Positions 38,710 through 55,591 of a stretch of 64,000 bases of DNA are shown here, one piece after another. The notes below the pieces were generated by a model that saw nothing but the letters and a program-made list of their open reading frames with translations, did not search any database and was not told the origin of the DNA. This DNA comes from the human T2T-CHM13v2.0 reference genome, Homo sapiens. A program made the position numbers and the translations under genes. The number at the start of each line of letters is the position of its first letter. The first letter of the stretch is position 1. The stretch lies in NCBI RefSeq assembly GCF_009914755.1, contig NC_060931.1, one strand, 5' to 3'.

Positions 38710-39182
38710 GGAGTTAAACAGGGTTTGATCATTAAAGAAAACTCATAGGACCCAAAATGAAGTGCTTACAAATCTACAGTTTGCTGCATTATTGTTGAAG
38801 TAAGGATATGCGTGAAGTAAGAATATGCCTCTCAACAAGGGCACGGGTGCAAGCTTCAATTATTTCCCTTCTATAATGGTGTGCTGGATATATTCCTGGA
38901 TCAGAAACCACTGGTGTGTGTACAGAGCATCTCAGAAACAGGGAGCCCATATGGAGTCTCACTTGGGATATCTGAAAAACTGGGATGTTTTTACTGATTA
39001 TATAAAAACATTCCTGCTACATAACCCACCCCAAAACACAACCTCGCTATATAACCAACCCCCAAAAGACAACCTTGCTACAAAACCAATCCCAAAAGCA
39101 CAACCTCAAAAGCACTTCACTGAGACTAGGTATAATTCACCAATCTCTCTGTTATCAATAAACAGTGCTAAGAAGCAGTATA
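38710..39182 (-). repeat. 3' LTR of the ERV-L provirus (boundaries approximate)
   Basis: Aligns by eye to 47115-47525: cttacaaa; aag[t/c]aaggatatg; ggtgcaag; aaccactgg; ctcagaaa..agggag; cactgagac. Weak PPT-like cagggagg on the minus strand near 39185-39192. Confidence 0.7.
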
Positions 39183-39925
39183 AACCTCCCTGAAACTCTT
39201 TGGATCATGGTTGCTATCAATACTATTAATCTTATTTTCATATTTCTCATTTTAATTAAACAGATCAGGCTCATTCCTGACTTGTCGGAATTAACCTTCA
39301 CAGCAACACCATCCACGTCTCTTATCTGTGCTCAAGGACTTGATATGACAAAACAATCACTCTAGTTTGACAGCAATTACTTGCCATATTGTGTAACTAG
39401 AATCCGTAAACAAAATCACATACCTATTCCAAACATTTGTAATAACCATCGAGGAGTTACATGGATTTAAACAGCAAATAGAATCAGAATCATATGATAA
39501 TACCAGCACAAACTTTCTCACAGTTTTCTATTAACCTAAGTTTCTTGTTTCATCCTTGATCTATATATACCTGCACTTTAGGGTTTGCATCTGCTGAATG
39601 ACTAATAATTATAATATATTTATCATTGATAAGGTTTAAATTTTTTTCAGACCACTTCCCTTTCAATGACATCCTGAAAGAGTTTTAATTCAATTTCTCA
39701 ATACACTTGATCTTCAGTGTTAGTGTTCAAAGTATTACTAGGTTCCATAATATTAAATTTACATGGGATCTCTATTATTCTGTATAAGAGCATCATGGCA
39801 TACTCTGAATATACGGTTGTAATGTAAACAAAATATTATTGCAATATAATTATTTTGTTTCTTCCATAAAATTTACCCCTTCCCATATATCATATATTAT
39901 TTCTGATAGTAGGTTAAAGACCATG

Positions 39926-40171
39926 TGTTATGGGCTAAATTTTGTCCCCCCCAAATTAATATGTTGAAGCCCCAGTACCAAGAATGTGACTGTGTTTGGG
40001 GATAGGGCCTTCAAAGAGGTGATTAAGCTAAAATGAGGCTGTAGAGTGAGCAGTAATCCAATCTGACTGGCGTCCTCATAAGAAGAGGAAATGTGGATAC
40101 ACAAAGAGATACCAGGGATGCCTATGCACCAAGGAAAGACCATGTAAGGGACACAGGAAGAAGGCAGCCAT
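39926..40171 (+). mobile_element. MLT1B-like LTR, 5' portion only, inserted in the provirus
   Basis: tgttatgggctaaattttgtccccccaaatt...aagaccatgtaagggacacaggaagaaggcagccat, then homology stops. Confidence 0.85.
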
Positions 40172-42462
40172 GCTAACTAACATGCAAGCTCATTTCACTT
40201 GCTGGTTTGGGACATGTCATCTTAATGTTTGCTTTAATTGCAAGGTCCATTTTTGTCAGTGTTATATCATTCTAGTTGGTTTCCCATCTTCTGGAAGAAG
40301 ATCATGAGCTATTTGACCCTCACAGATCTTCCCTAATTAAAAGCAAACTTCACCAGACAATTATTCCTATCCTTATTTCTAATTATTTAAAGCTCTTTTT
40401 TTTTTCACTGGCCAGTGCCATTTGATCCATTAAAACTGATGTTGCCATTAGGTACTAAACACTTCAGAATGTATAGGAAATAAATCTGGGAACAAAATTG
40501 TTGAATCTGCCAAGATAAGGTCACATTAGTAGTAGCCATGATTAACCACATTTTACGTTGTTGTCCACATCAAATCTCTGACATCTCATTTCCAGTTATT
40601 CAGGCTTACCAAGGTATACCTGGTTATTTTCCTTTGTCAGTGCTTCACAACTCATTGTTTCCTCCAGCTACTTTAGAGTTTCCACATACAATAAGGCAAA
40701 TTGCTAGTTTCTCACATAATATTATGACAGATGGGACTTGCTACTGTCATTAAACCATAATCACAATTAATGGCCACATCATGTTCTTTTAGATTGTGAA
40801 TTAACACACAGTGTTCTCCAGATTCAACTGGGAACACACATTCCCACACTTGCTTCAAAACACAGGTCCTTGATAATAGTTGTACTTTGGAAATGAGAGC
40901 TGAAAGAAATAGCCACATTTGTATTGCTCCACATAGCCATAGACAGAGTAAGGGTATGGATCATTTCCAAAAACATGTTCATTAGGTTGACCATTGCTTA
41001 GCTAATTTCTTGGTTCTTTAAAAGAAGAAGAGGTTTTGACAAGGTACTTTACCCTAAGGCACTTTTCAACCTAAGTTGAGAAAGCTTATTATTCTCTTGC
41101 TCTAAGCCTTTATCTGGCTTATATGTTAGAATCCCTTGTATAAAACCCACTCATTGGCTCTCTTTCTTTCAGAAACAGTCACAACTTTCTTCTTTTGATA
41201 ATTAATTTTAATCCAACTTTCACTTCTGAAGTAGGTCCTTCTGGTTTGCCCTCTGGTGTATTTCATATTACTCGCATCAAGATGTATTGTGCCAGGGCTT
41301 TCACTTTATTCTCAATAGCAGGAAGTAAGAATAGATGAGTACAAAGAAATGGAACAGTCACTTCCAACTTGATGATATGTAGGTAAGAGATAAAACATTT
41401 CATAAATCTTTTTTGAATTCTTGCAGTTGTGTTCAACTTAATAGACATGAATTTTGTTTTGCAGTATTACCAGCTATTCGGATCTTTAGTGATAGTGTCA
41501 GCGCAAGGACTATTGGGCCTTTTTCATTGAAAAAGAAAACTAAGTTGAAGTACAAAGTATTTTTATGTCAGTTGCTGTGTCATTGTCCAGCCCTTCTTTC
41601 CTATTTCTACCACAAATATATAATAATTTACCTAATGGAAACTCATGTTTAGTTTCATCAATTTATAATAAGTGGTAAACAGAATTCTGTTTGGAGACTA
41701 GCTCTTCAATTGTTTGGCAACCCCCATATTTTTAAGAAGGGGTTATATTTGTCCATTCCAATTTTCTATTAACCCATTACTTTGAGTGGCACCAAAAATA
41801 TAAGTGTATTGAACATGATACTTCTTCATGCATAAGTGCTTCATGTGGGCAATGAAATTAACATATTGATCTGATGAAATCTAAGTAGAATGGCCAGACT
41901 ATTTACAATATTCTTGTTCAACTTATTGGATAGTATTATCAACATTGATCTCAGTCACTGCTCATGCCAAACCAAATTCAGAGTATATTATTAAGAAACC
42001 TTGCCAATATTCATTTACATCCTTCAAAGAAGTAGAGAAAAAGCCAATGCAATCTACTTGACACCTGTTGCTAGACTTTTCTTGGAATTACTTCCTAGGG
42101 CGAGCTGCAAATTCTGTCTTTCTGATTAGCATACAGGGAAATTTTTATTAACAGTTTGTGCATTTTCAGGGGTTAGTGATATACATTGTTTGGCTCATCT
42201 CTTCATGGCCTGATTTCCCTCATGTGTACTCATTTCATGGAACTGGGTTGCCATTTTAAGACACAGATCTAGGACATGAACATTTTGATTCAATCACCAT
42301 CAGATTTTGGTATAGGATTTCTTTGGTGAACAGTAACATATCCTTTTCAATTTGACCTCAAATTTTCCATAGGGATTTACATATAACAGTGTCCTACATG
42401 AGAGTCTCTTTTATCAAGCAGGTAGCTATGGACCATTTTCCAGACTAAGTTGCAATTCTTTT

Positions 42463-42757
42463 TTTTTTTTTTTTGAGATGGAGTCTCGCTCTGTCGCCCA
42501 GCTGGAGGGCAGTGGCGCGATCTCGGCTCACTGCAAGCTCCGCCCACCTCCCGGGTTCATGCCATTCTCCTGCCTCAGCCTCCCGAGTAGCTGGGACTAC
42601 AGGCGCCCGTCACCACGCCTGGCTAATTTTTTGTATTTTTAGTAGAGACAGGTTTCACCGTGTTAGCAGGGATGGTCTCGATCTCCTGACCTCGTGATCC
42701 ACCCGCCTCAGCCTTCCAAAGTCCTGGTATTACAGGCGTGAGCCACTGCGCCCAGCC
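42463..42757 (-). mobile_element. AluY inserted in the ERV-L RNase H region
   Basis: gcaagctcc, ttcatgccattctcc, gatggtctcgatctcctgacctcgtg. Perfect 15-bp TSD agttgcaattctttt at 42448-42462 and 42758-42772. Confidence 0.95.
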
Positions 42758-43155
42758 AGTTGCAATTCTTTTGACAACATGCCATAACTTAGCACTATAC
42801 ATAATTAAATAGTGTGTGTGTCTGTTTGTGGTGGTGGGGGGTGTGTATGCAGATTTTTATCATTGCTGGAAACAGAAATTGTAATTCAGGCCACTAGGCT
42901 AACCAACTATGAACTTTCTCGATAAGGAGTTTATTATTTGCTAAAAAGAGAGCAGTGGTAGCTTTCCGTAATGAGCTTTGTCCCCTGATTCTGGAACTGC
43001 TATCTGAACTAAGCCAACTGCCTGGCAACCTTGGCCGATTGGTCTAAAGGAAGGCCCCATTTACCAGCAGCAGTAGGTAACTCCTTAGGAAAAATCTAAA
43101 TTAGGTACTGTCATTAGAGCTAAATTGGCTACTTGTTCGTAAATATAATGATATC

Positions 43156-43940
43156 TGTTATGGATTGAACGTTTGTGTCCCTTCCAAATATGTATGTTGA
43201 ATCCCTAATCCCCAATGTCTTAGTTTGTGCCACTCTAAAAACACCTGAGATTGAGTGATTTATAAATAACATAAATTCATTTTCTCATCGTTCTGTAGGC
43301 TGAGAAGTTCAACATTAAAGCACAGGCAGATTCAGTGTCTGCTGAAGGCTTCTCTCTACTTCCAAGACCGTACCTTCTTGATATTCCCTAACATGGTAGA
43401 AAGGAGCAAAAAGGGATGAACACTGTGCTCTCATATGGCAGAAGAGATAGGCTACTTTCTGAAGCCCATAATTTATAATTTTATAAGGGCATTAATCTTA
43501 CCCATGAGGGCAGAGCTCTCATTGTCTAATCACCTCCGAAAGTCCCCATCTCTTAATGCCATCAGCTTGGTGTTTAAGTTCCAACATATGAATTTTGGAG
43601 GGACACATACATTCAAACCATACAACCCAATGCCATGGTATTTAAAGATGGCGCCTTGGGAGGTAATTGGGATTAAGTTAGGTCATAACAGTAGGGCCCT
43701 CGTGATGGGATTAGTGGCTAAGAAAAGGAAGAGATAGAGAATGCTCTCTCTCTCTCTCTCTGCATTATGTCAGGACACAGTGAGAAAGCAATTGTCTACA
43801 AGACAAGAAAAGGGTTCTCACCAGAACTTGACCATGCTGACACCATGATCTTGGCCTTTCAGAGTCCTTGAGTGTACAAAAATAAATTTTAGTTGTTTAT
43901 GGAACTCTATAATATTTTGTTATGGCAGCCTGAGGTAGCC
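43156..43940 (+). mobile_element. MLT1A-like LTR in ERV-L pol, itself split by an MST LTR
   Basis: tgttatggattgaacgtttgtgtcc...ccccaa | cccaatgccatggtattt...gaccatgctgacaccatgatcttgg...gttatggcagcctgag. Confidence 0.8.
43216..43625 (-). mobile_element. MSTC-like MaLR solo LTR nested in MLT1A
   Basis: tgtcttagtttg...aagggatgaacactgtgctctcatatggcagaag...ggagggacacatacattcaaaccata. TSD cccaa at 43211-43215 and 43626-43630. Confidence 0.8.
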
Positions 43941-45559
43941 GGTGCAACTTTCTATGATGCATCCCAACCATTGTTTCCTGCTCCTGTGTATATCTTCATA
44001 TTATGATAAAACTTCTTTGATTGCCTTGTTGGAGTGCTTTTCTGGCATCATTCATGATATGGTGGGTATTTCAGGTCTTAATGTAATATCACATACTTCA
44101 GTTACTGGGGCTGTCTCTGCACAATAACTACTTCTAGAATGTTCTGTTACTTCAGCCTCAACGTGCCCAGTTTGAACTCTTGTTCTTTTTCTTTCCTTCT
44201 TTCAAATGGGATGTATTTGAATGCTGTATACAATAATTTTCCAGTCCAGAAGCCCAGAGATTGCTGTTGAGCAGTGATTATTAGCTTTTGCCAGATATTC
44301 TAAATAGCATGAATCTGTGGCTGACACTTTAAATATAATTCTAGCATTATGATCATATAGCCTTAATAGAATGGCTTGAGCTGCAGCTTCTTGTGGTTTA
44401 AGAAAGGTCTGGCTGTTGGGTGCCCAGTCAAATTATACATACATGTGTTTTTCTTTTGAGGAAACTTTCTAGATGGGGGCTAGCAGAATGCTTAATAAGA
44501 TACATGATTTCACCAAAAGCCAAATAGATTAACTAAGCATTGAGCCTTCCTTTTAGTCTGAGGGGTGAGGAGCAATAACAATTTATGCCAAGGCTATATG
44601 GTATGTCATATATTGCTCCAGCCTATGTAATTACGCAAAACTCCATAGGCTGTGCAGTGTCTTGAGTTTTAGTAGGATTAAAGAATGATCCCCAGTCAGC
44701 CACATGATTTATGACTTTAGTATGGTCGTTGTTAGTTTGATCCTCAGTTTCAGAAATAATTATATTATCATCAACATATTATAGTAGAACAAAGTCAATT
44801 TGCATTGCATCTAAGCCCTGCCTTACCAGATTGTCATACTTTATAGGAAAGTTCAAATGCTCTTGAGGTTGTTAGTACAATAAATGCATATTGATAACTG
44901 TTTAACATGATTGAAAATGTTGTTGGCTCTCTTTGCTGACATATTAAGAATAACCCATCTGCCAAATTCAACTACAGAATACTAGTTACCTTTACCTTGT
45001 GTTAGTGAAATAGCACCATATCAAGGACTACTAAAGCTACTGAGAACACTGTTCTTTTAATCTTCCATAGTCAAGTGTCATTCTCCATCATACACCAACC
45101 TGCTTCACTGGCTGTGCTGGTCTATTATATAGCAAGTTTGTAGGCATTGACACACTTGAATTCCACACTGCCTTAATTATTCTGGCAATTTATTGTTGCC
45201 TTCCACATATTCTGAGTTGCTTCAAATATATCACTCGTATTGCTTAGGAACTGTAAAGGCACTCATGTTGCATTTCCAACTAATGCTGGATAGAGGGAAA
45301 ATCTACAAGTTATTTTTTTATTCTCACACTATATCTATACCTTTTCATTATTATATCCAATTATTTATTGACATAAAAGAGATGCTACCACAGTATACTT
45401 TTTAAATCGTAATTTCAACCTTTATTCAGATTTTCTTTTTTTTGCTCTTTACAGAGTAGTAGACCAAAAAGAATTTCTTCTCTATCCACAGGCATTTCAC
45501 CCAAGCTTTGTAAAAGGCCTCAAGTGTCCCAACAGGGACTGAGTCAAGAGACTGACTTT

Positions 45560-47050
45560 CATGTCAATCATGTCAATCTTCTTCCTATATCACCACATTA
45601 ATATTTAAACATAGTATTTTCACATCTAATGCTAGAGGTTCAGCTGAACCTTTCCTTTGAACTTCTTCTGAGCTCAAATAAATCAATCATCTAGGTACCC
45701 TGGAATCTTCACATCCTGGAAAGTTTATAGAGAGGCAGTTGGGGGCACCTTTAGCTTCTATAAAATTCTATCAAGGCTTTGCTGGGTACTCCATCAATTT
45801 CTTTTTTTTCATGCCATTTGAATGAGCCATTTCCAAACTTCTACACTTATTGCCTGAATTGTTGTCCCCATTCTTATTTTTTTTTCTGTTTATAAAGCCC
45901 TAACATTCAGGTATGTATTGGTGCATTTTCACACTACTGATAAAGACATACCCGAGATTGGGCAATTTACAAAACAAAGAGGTTTATTGGACTTACAATT
46001 CCATGTGGCTAGGGAGGGCTCACAATCATGCAGAAGGTGAAAGGCATGTCTCACATGGCAGCAGAAAAGAGTAGAGAACTTGTGCAGGGAAACTCCTTCT
46101 TAAAACCATCAGATCTCATGAGGCTTATGGTCCTACCATAAAGACCTGCCCCATGATTCAGTTACTTCCCACCGGACCCCTCACACAACAGGTGGAAATT
46201 CAAGATGAGATTTGGGTGGGGACATAGCCAAACCATATCGAGGTTTTATGTGAGATAGCTGGGATAAAAGTTCTGAAACTACCTCTTTATATACTCCTGA
46301 GGATCCAACAACAAAGTCATACAGACTGCCCATGCTGGCAGGTTTTCTTTTAATACAGTAGCAGTTACTACATAGGTAAGTGGAATATCATCAGTGAGGT
46401 TGCTTTTGTTGTCATACAGACACTCCAATATTGCTTGTATCCAAATCATCACCATAAAGAGAGCAGCCACTTGAGTATGCATGTGAGCTCAAACATTCTT
46501 CTCTAATCTGAGTTGTTCAATGCCATAGACAAAGCTCTTTGATCTAAAGTTTTCAAGAGTCATTTTAACAAGGGCTCATCAGAGAATTTCTTCTAATGAT
46601 CTGCAGTTACTTGATTTCTTCAGTATACTACTTTTTACTTTCATGACTTTTTTCCTTTTATTATCAACTTGCCCAATTTTAACTACTATTTTAATTGTAA
46701 CTGGTCTCATAGGTGTAGCCAATTTATCAAATGTTGTAGTTGCCCAAGTTTCTATGGTTGGAGCTCCTCTTGCCTGAGGTCAAAGCTCAACTGAAAGATT
46801 TTCTTTGGCTAGTCCTGAAAGCAGTACCTAATGAACTAAATTTTTAGCTAATCTGCTATCAGCTTGAAGTTCCTCTTAATCCATTTTCATAGCTCCTGAT
46901 GTTCAGATTCTACCATTTTTACATTCCATGGAAAGTATTATTATCAATACTGATTCCAAACTTGTATTAGGCAACTACGCAACATCAATGGTTCATTTTA
47001 ACACATTTAAAGAATCATTTTTTATTTCTGAATAATAGTTTAATCATATT
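45560..47050 (-). pseudogene. Decayed ERV-L gag, interrupted by THE1B
   Basis: Lies between PBS and protease. PWNVKMVESEHQEL*KWIKR...AKNLVH*VLLSGLAK (~46810-46935) resembles recalled class III gag N-terminal sequence. Confidence 0.55.
45914..46240 (-). mobile_element. THE1B solo LTR
   Basis: tgtatt...gataaagacatacccgaga...gaaggtgaaaggcatgtctcacatggc...gggtggggacatagccaaaccatatc. TSD aggt[a/t] at 45909-45913 and 46241-46245. Confidence 0.9.
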
Positions 47051-47084
47051 ATTGGTTAACAGTGAGTAAATGATCTTTTAATAA

Positions 47085-47101
47085 ATCCCACTTTGACACC
47101 A
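47085..47101 (-). other. Primer-binding site complementary to tRNA-Leu
   Basis: Minus strand reads TGGTGTCAAAGTGGGAT, versus tRNA-Leu PBS TGGTGTCAGAAGTGGGAT (1-nt deletion). Sits immediately next to the 5' LTR. Confidence 0.85.
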
Positions 47102-47103
47102 TC

Positions 47104-47530
47104 TTTACTAACTGGACAGTATTCAATTGCTAAATAAGACTCACAATACTCAACATGCAATACTTACAAAATTATAATTTACTACTGGAAATGTATATCA
47201 TTCAGCAGCAGCATTAAAGCAAGGATATGATTGATAACCAATGGCTGCCTCACAGCAATTAATCTAGAAAGGCCAAGTTCCAATCCACAGGTGCAAGTTC
47301 CACCTGACTTCCATTTGTAAAGGTCATGCTAGATGAACTTTCTCTCTGAAGTCAGGAACCACTGGCAAATATATGGAAACCTCAGAAATCAGGGAGTGTA
47401 AATGGAGCTTCAACCAGGGTTACACATTCCCTGCTAATCCTACTGGCATATTCTTGCTATGTGATCAGCTCCAATCACAGAGCCCTTAAAAGATCTCACT
47501 GAGACAAGTTGCAAGTCTTTAATCCTGACA
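47104..47530 (-). repeat. 5' LTR of the ERV-L provirus (outer end approximate)
   Basis: Abuts the PBS, is homologous to 38715-39147, and a candidate minus-strand start TGTCAGG lies at 47530. Confidence 0.7.
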
Positions 47531-49364
47531 AGCTGATATGGACTGTCCCCAAACTTCTCAGACGCATGATTACAAAGCAACACTCATAATCAGTATGATT
47601 TATGCTTTGACCATAGTTCAGTGCTCAGTACATTCTTATTTCAGTAAAACATATCAGGCTAATTTCAATCCTACTAAAATTAACCCTCACAGTCCAACTC
47701 ATGTTAATATCTTCTTCCAATATCTTAATCTAATAATCATAAATTATAATATATTACATTGCCCTGAAAACTTTCTTGGCATAATATAGAGATAAGCTCA
47801 ATTAATAAAAATCTGTATTTAATAATAATTTAGGTATTGGTATATGTACATATATGTATGAATGTATAATTATTTTTAAATGCTCTTTTCACCATATGAT
47901 GCCTATTTCAAATTGTCTGTGTGTTTATCATCTCACTTATCATGAATTAAGATATGGAGTCTTTCCCTTAGCAACTCATCATCAATAGAGCATACTCGTC
48001 CTGCTTTAAACTTGTTGGATGCTTTACTGTGGAGAGCTCTTTCCATCAATTTTCTGTTTTTCGGGATCCATGGTTACTTGGCATTTGCTATCTATCCTCA
48101 TCTTTCATGTTTCCCTGAAAGATTTACTGAAAAACCTTAATACATATACAAAACACTTACGTAATTTGCTAAGAAAATATTTACTCCTTTGAATGTCCCC
48201 TATTCTAATGCCTTCTTTTCTTCACAAGCAATATAGTTACTTCTATCCTTTTATCTCTCGTCTTCCATGAATATCCAGTCCCTGACAACATTTCACTTGT
48301 TAAGTATGCCTGTTTATTGTCAGGTTACAAACATTTTAGAAACGTTTAGAACATTTTGAAAACTGAACAAATTACACAGTTTCCATCACATACACTCACT
48401 TTTAATATTTCAATAGTCCATCTCAGTTTCCTTTTTTGTGAATTTCTTTGTTATTATCTGCATTATGTACCAATCCCTGAACTAGCAACTGTGGCAACCA
48501 AGGCCAGGCAATTCCATTATGTGACTGTTCTATGTCTATCACATTCAAATTGCAGGAAGTGGTTATCCACCATTTCCAAATATACATTTTGTTATCATAA
48601 AAAGGAAAAAGAAGAGTATGCTAGAGAGCAAAAATCATAGTTACCATGACTCCGTACACATAGCAAGATTGTAGTAAAGAAAGATGTAGAAGTAGGAAGC
48701 TAGGCATGCTCATAGCAGGAAGCTGCTCAAATAAGTGAGTATTGGAGATTTTGTTTGTTTGTTTTTAATCCCCTAAGTACTAGGCTGAAACAGCAATTTT
48801 CTAGGTTTGACTTAATCTTCCTCTGAATTCAATTCCAAAAGAATAATATCTTTTAAGTTTGTTACCCAATAAATAAAAAATCCTAAAATAAAAATTCAGC
48901 ATTTTTTTAAAAACTAAAAGAATGATACAGGACATGCCTTGAATTATAGATGTGACTGCCTTCTCAGCCATCTTTAACTCCTAACTACATAAAGGACACA
49001 AAGTGGAAGCCTAATGGAAAAAGAGTCCAAAATGAGGATGAGAGTGTGGGGATGGTGAGAGGAGAAAAATAGAGTATCTTATTTAATTATTTGAAATGCA
49101 TGTTCATTATCTTTTACTAACTTTTCTCATGACTCACTGAAGGATATGAGATGAATTTAAACATGTTAAACCCGTTATAATATGCTCTACAATTAATCTT
49201 ATTATTTAAGAAGGTGAATATTTAACTAGAGCCATTAGACTTACAAAATAGAGAGGAAGCAAGAAAAAAATGCACAAGTTTTAAAGCAAGAGTTACAATC
49301 TACTGAAGGCTTATAGGTAGGTATATATTTTATATGAGCTTTACTAATTTTTTTGTTTTTTCAT

Positions 49365-53972
<4,608 letters not shown>

Positions 53973-54680
53973 TCTCCATTAATATTTCTATTTGATATAT
54001 ATCCACAATACTGATTTCAGAAGTCATACAGAATGTTATCTGACTTGCTTACAAATTAATATTTCCAAACGATTCCTGGCCAGTTATGACTCAAAGATGT
54101 TTGAATATCATAGCCTTTCAGAGAAGCTTAAATAGGTACTTAAGTATATTTGTACTACAATTGGCAGAAATCACCTACATTATTAATTCAATCATCTTTT
54201 TCATTTCCTATTAAACATTTCCCAAATCAAGCTGAAGAAACATGAGAGACTGTGGTTTGAGTCTCTTCAAATCCTTTAGTCTCTAATGGGAACACATATT
54301 TTACAATATTTTTTAAAAAAATAAATATAATGCAAACCTATTCATTATTTAGGAATTCAAACTATAGAAGTTCATATTCACTTCAAATTGTTAACATAGG
54401 TAAGCAATCAAATATGTAAGTTTATGTGTAATTTTAAGGTACATATATACTTAACTATATGTACATATAAACATGTAAGATACATTTATTACATATGCAT
54501 ATAATTTAGAAGTCTATTCTTTCAGAAATCTTATCTATACCTAATGAATTTAAAAGATATTTATTGCATCTTTTTTCTAATTATTTTTATATTGTATTGT
54601 TTTATATTACAAAATTTATAAAATATTTAATATTACATTTTAATGAAAGATGACATGGGTATTATCATGCTTGATATATA

Positions 54681-54775
54681 CAGATGATCTCACTTATAAT
54701 GGAGTTATATCCTGATAAACCCATTGTAAAGCTGCAAAATCATAAGTCAAAACATTATAAGTTGGGAACCAACTG
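54681..54775 (+). mobile_element. MER47C-like TcMar-Tigger MITE
   Basis: TA|cagatgatctcacttataatggagttatatcctgataaacccattgtaaag...ataagttgggaaccaactg; about 95 bp with degenerate TIRs. Confidence 0.75.
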
Positions 54776-55256
54776 TCGTTTACTTTGGATAAGAAATTAA
54801 GTTACAATTAAATATTATACTTTGTATCTTTGCCTGATAATTGCTTTTCATTCATTCGTTAATCATAGACATCCTCTGATGTTGGTTGAGGTGATGGAAA
54901 CTCAAACAAGATAGAATAAAATACAGCTAGTATTGAAAACCCAATAAATATATTTAAGCATTTTAAAGCTTTATTCTAAGTTAATCATATGAATATAAAT
55001 ATCAGACCATTCTAAAATATATTTATTTTAATAATTTAAAAATAACTTCAAATTTTATTGATATTGATAACCCTTCCACATCATTCAGATTCATGGTTAT
55101 TATCAATATCAAAAAATATGTATTAGAATGTACAGCTTTCTAGAAGATATATATGTTTATATGTGAACGGGGGAAATATCTATTCTCCATTGATTTGCTC
55201 TCCTTTCCTTCTGTTTTACTCATTTGCCCCTTATGTTTGGAATACCCTAATCTCCC

Positions 55257-55556
55257 TGTAATGAATTGAATTGTGTTCTCCCAAAATGCATACGTCAAAG
55301 TCCCAACCTCCAGTACTTCACTGTGTAACTGTATTTAGAGAAAAGGTCTTTAAAAAGTGATTAAGTTAAAATGCAGCCACATGATGACTCAGCAAGACGG
55401 CAGCCATCTGCAAGTCAGGAGAGACCTCAGAAGAAATCACACCTGCCAACACTTTGATCTTGGACTTCTAGCCTCCAAAAATGTAAAAAAACCCGTCAAT
55501 TTTGCTGTTAATGCCATGTGCATTATTTTGTTGTGGCTGCCCTAACAAGCTTACAC
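55257..55556 (+). mobile_element. MLT1B-like LTR with internal deletion
   Basis: tgtaatgaattgaattgtgttctcccaaaat...gacctcagaagaaatcacacctgccaacactttgatcttggacttctagcctcc. Confidence 0.8.
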
Positions 55557-55591
55557 CCATCACTTGCCCCATCTCATTATGTTCAAGTTTT

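Larger units (their letters stand above)
41100..45540 (-). pseudogene. Decayed ERV-L pro-pol: protease, RT, RNase H, integrase, dUTPase-like remnant
   Basis: Hand-translated minus-strand motifs: EEILFGLL (~45460, protease LLDTG region); YNRPAQPVKQVGV*WRMTLDYGRLK (~45060-45130); QPQEHLNFP...NLVRQGLD...YVDD (YVDD at 44767-44778); F.DSSS (RNase H, ~43005); VHQRNPIPKSDGD* (~42300-42335); CQVDCIG (~42050-42065); ISSDQ and QSNGLIENWNGQI (integrase core, 41745-41885); LNTTARIQKRFM...IKLEVTV (dUTPase-like, ORF 41263-41448). Many stops and frameshifts. Confidence 0.85.
38710..47530 (-). mobile_element. Ancient near full-length class III (ERV-L-type) provirus; LTR family tentatively MER70/LTR40-group
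   Basis: Homologous direct repeats at both ends, tRNA-Leu PBS, and minus-strand gag-pro-RT-RNaseH-IN motifs in the correct order (see sub-features). Confidence 0.85.

Noticed and set aside
39013-39107. CRISPR-like repeats
   Set aside because: These are adjacent degenerate tandem units with no unique spacers, in a eukaryotic LTR.
38825-39193. 122-aa plus-strand ORF with PPK/PQ repeats
   Set aside because: It lies antisense within the ERV 3'LTR, and the periodicity comes from the 31-bp tandem unit.
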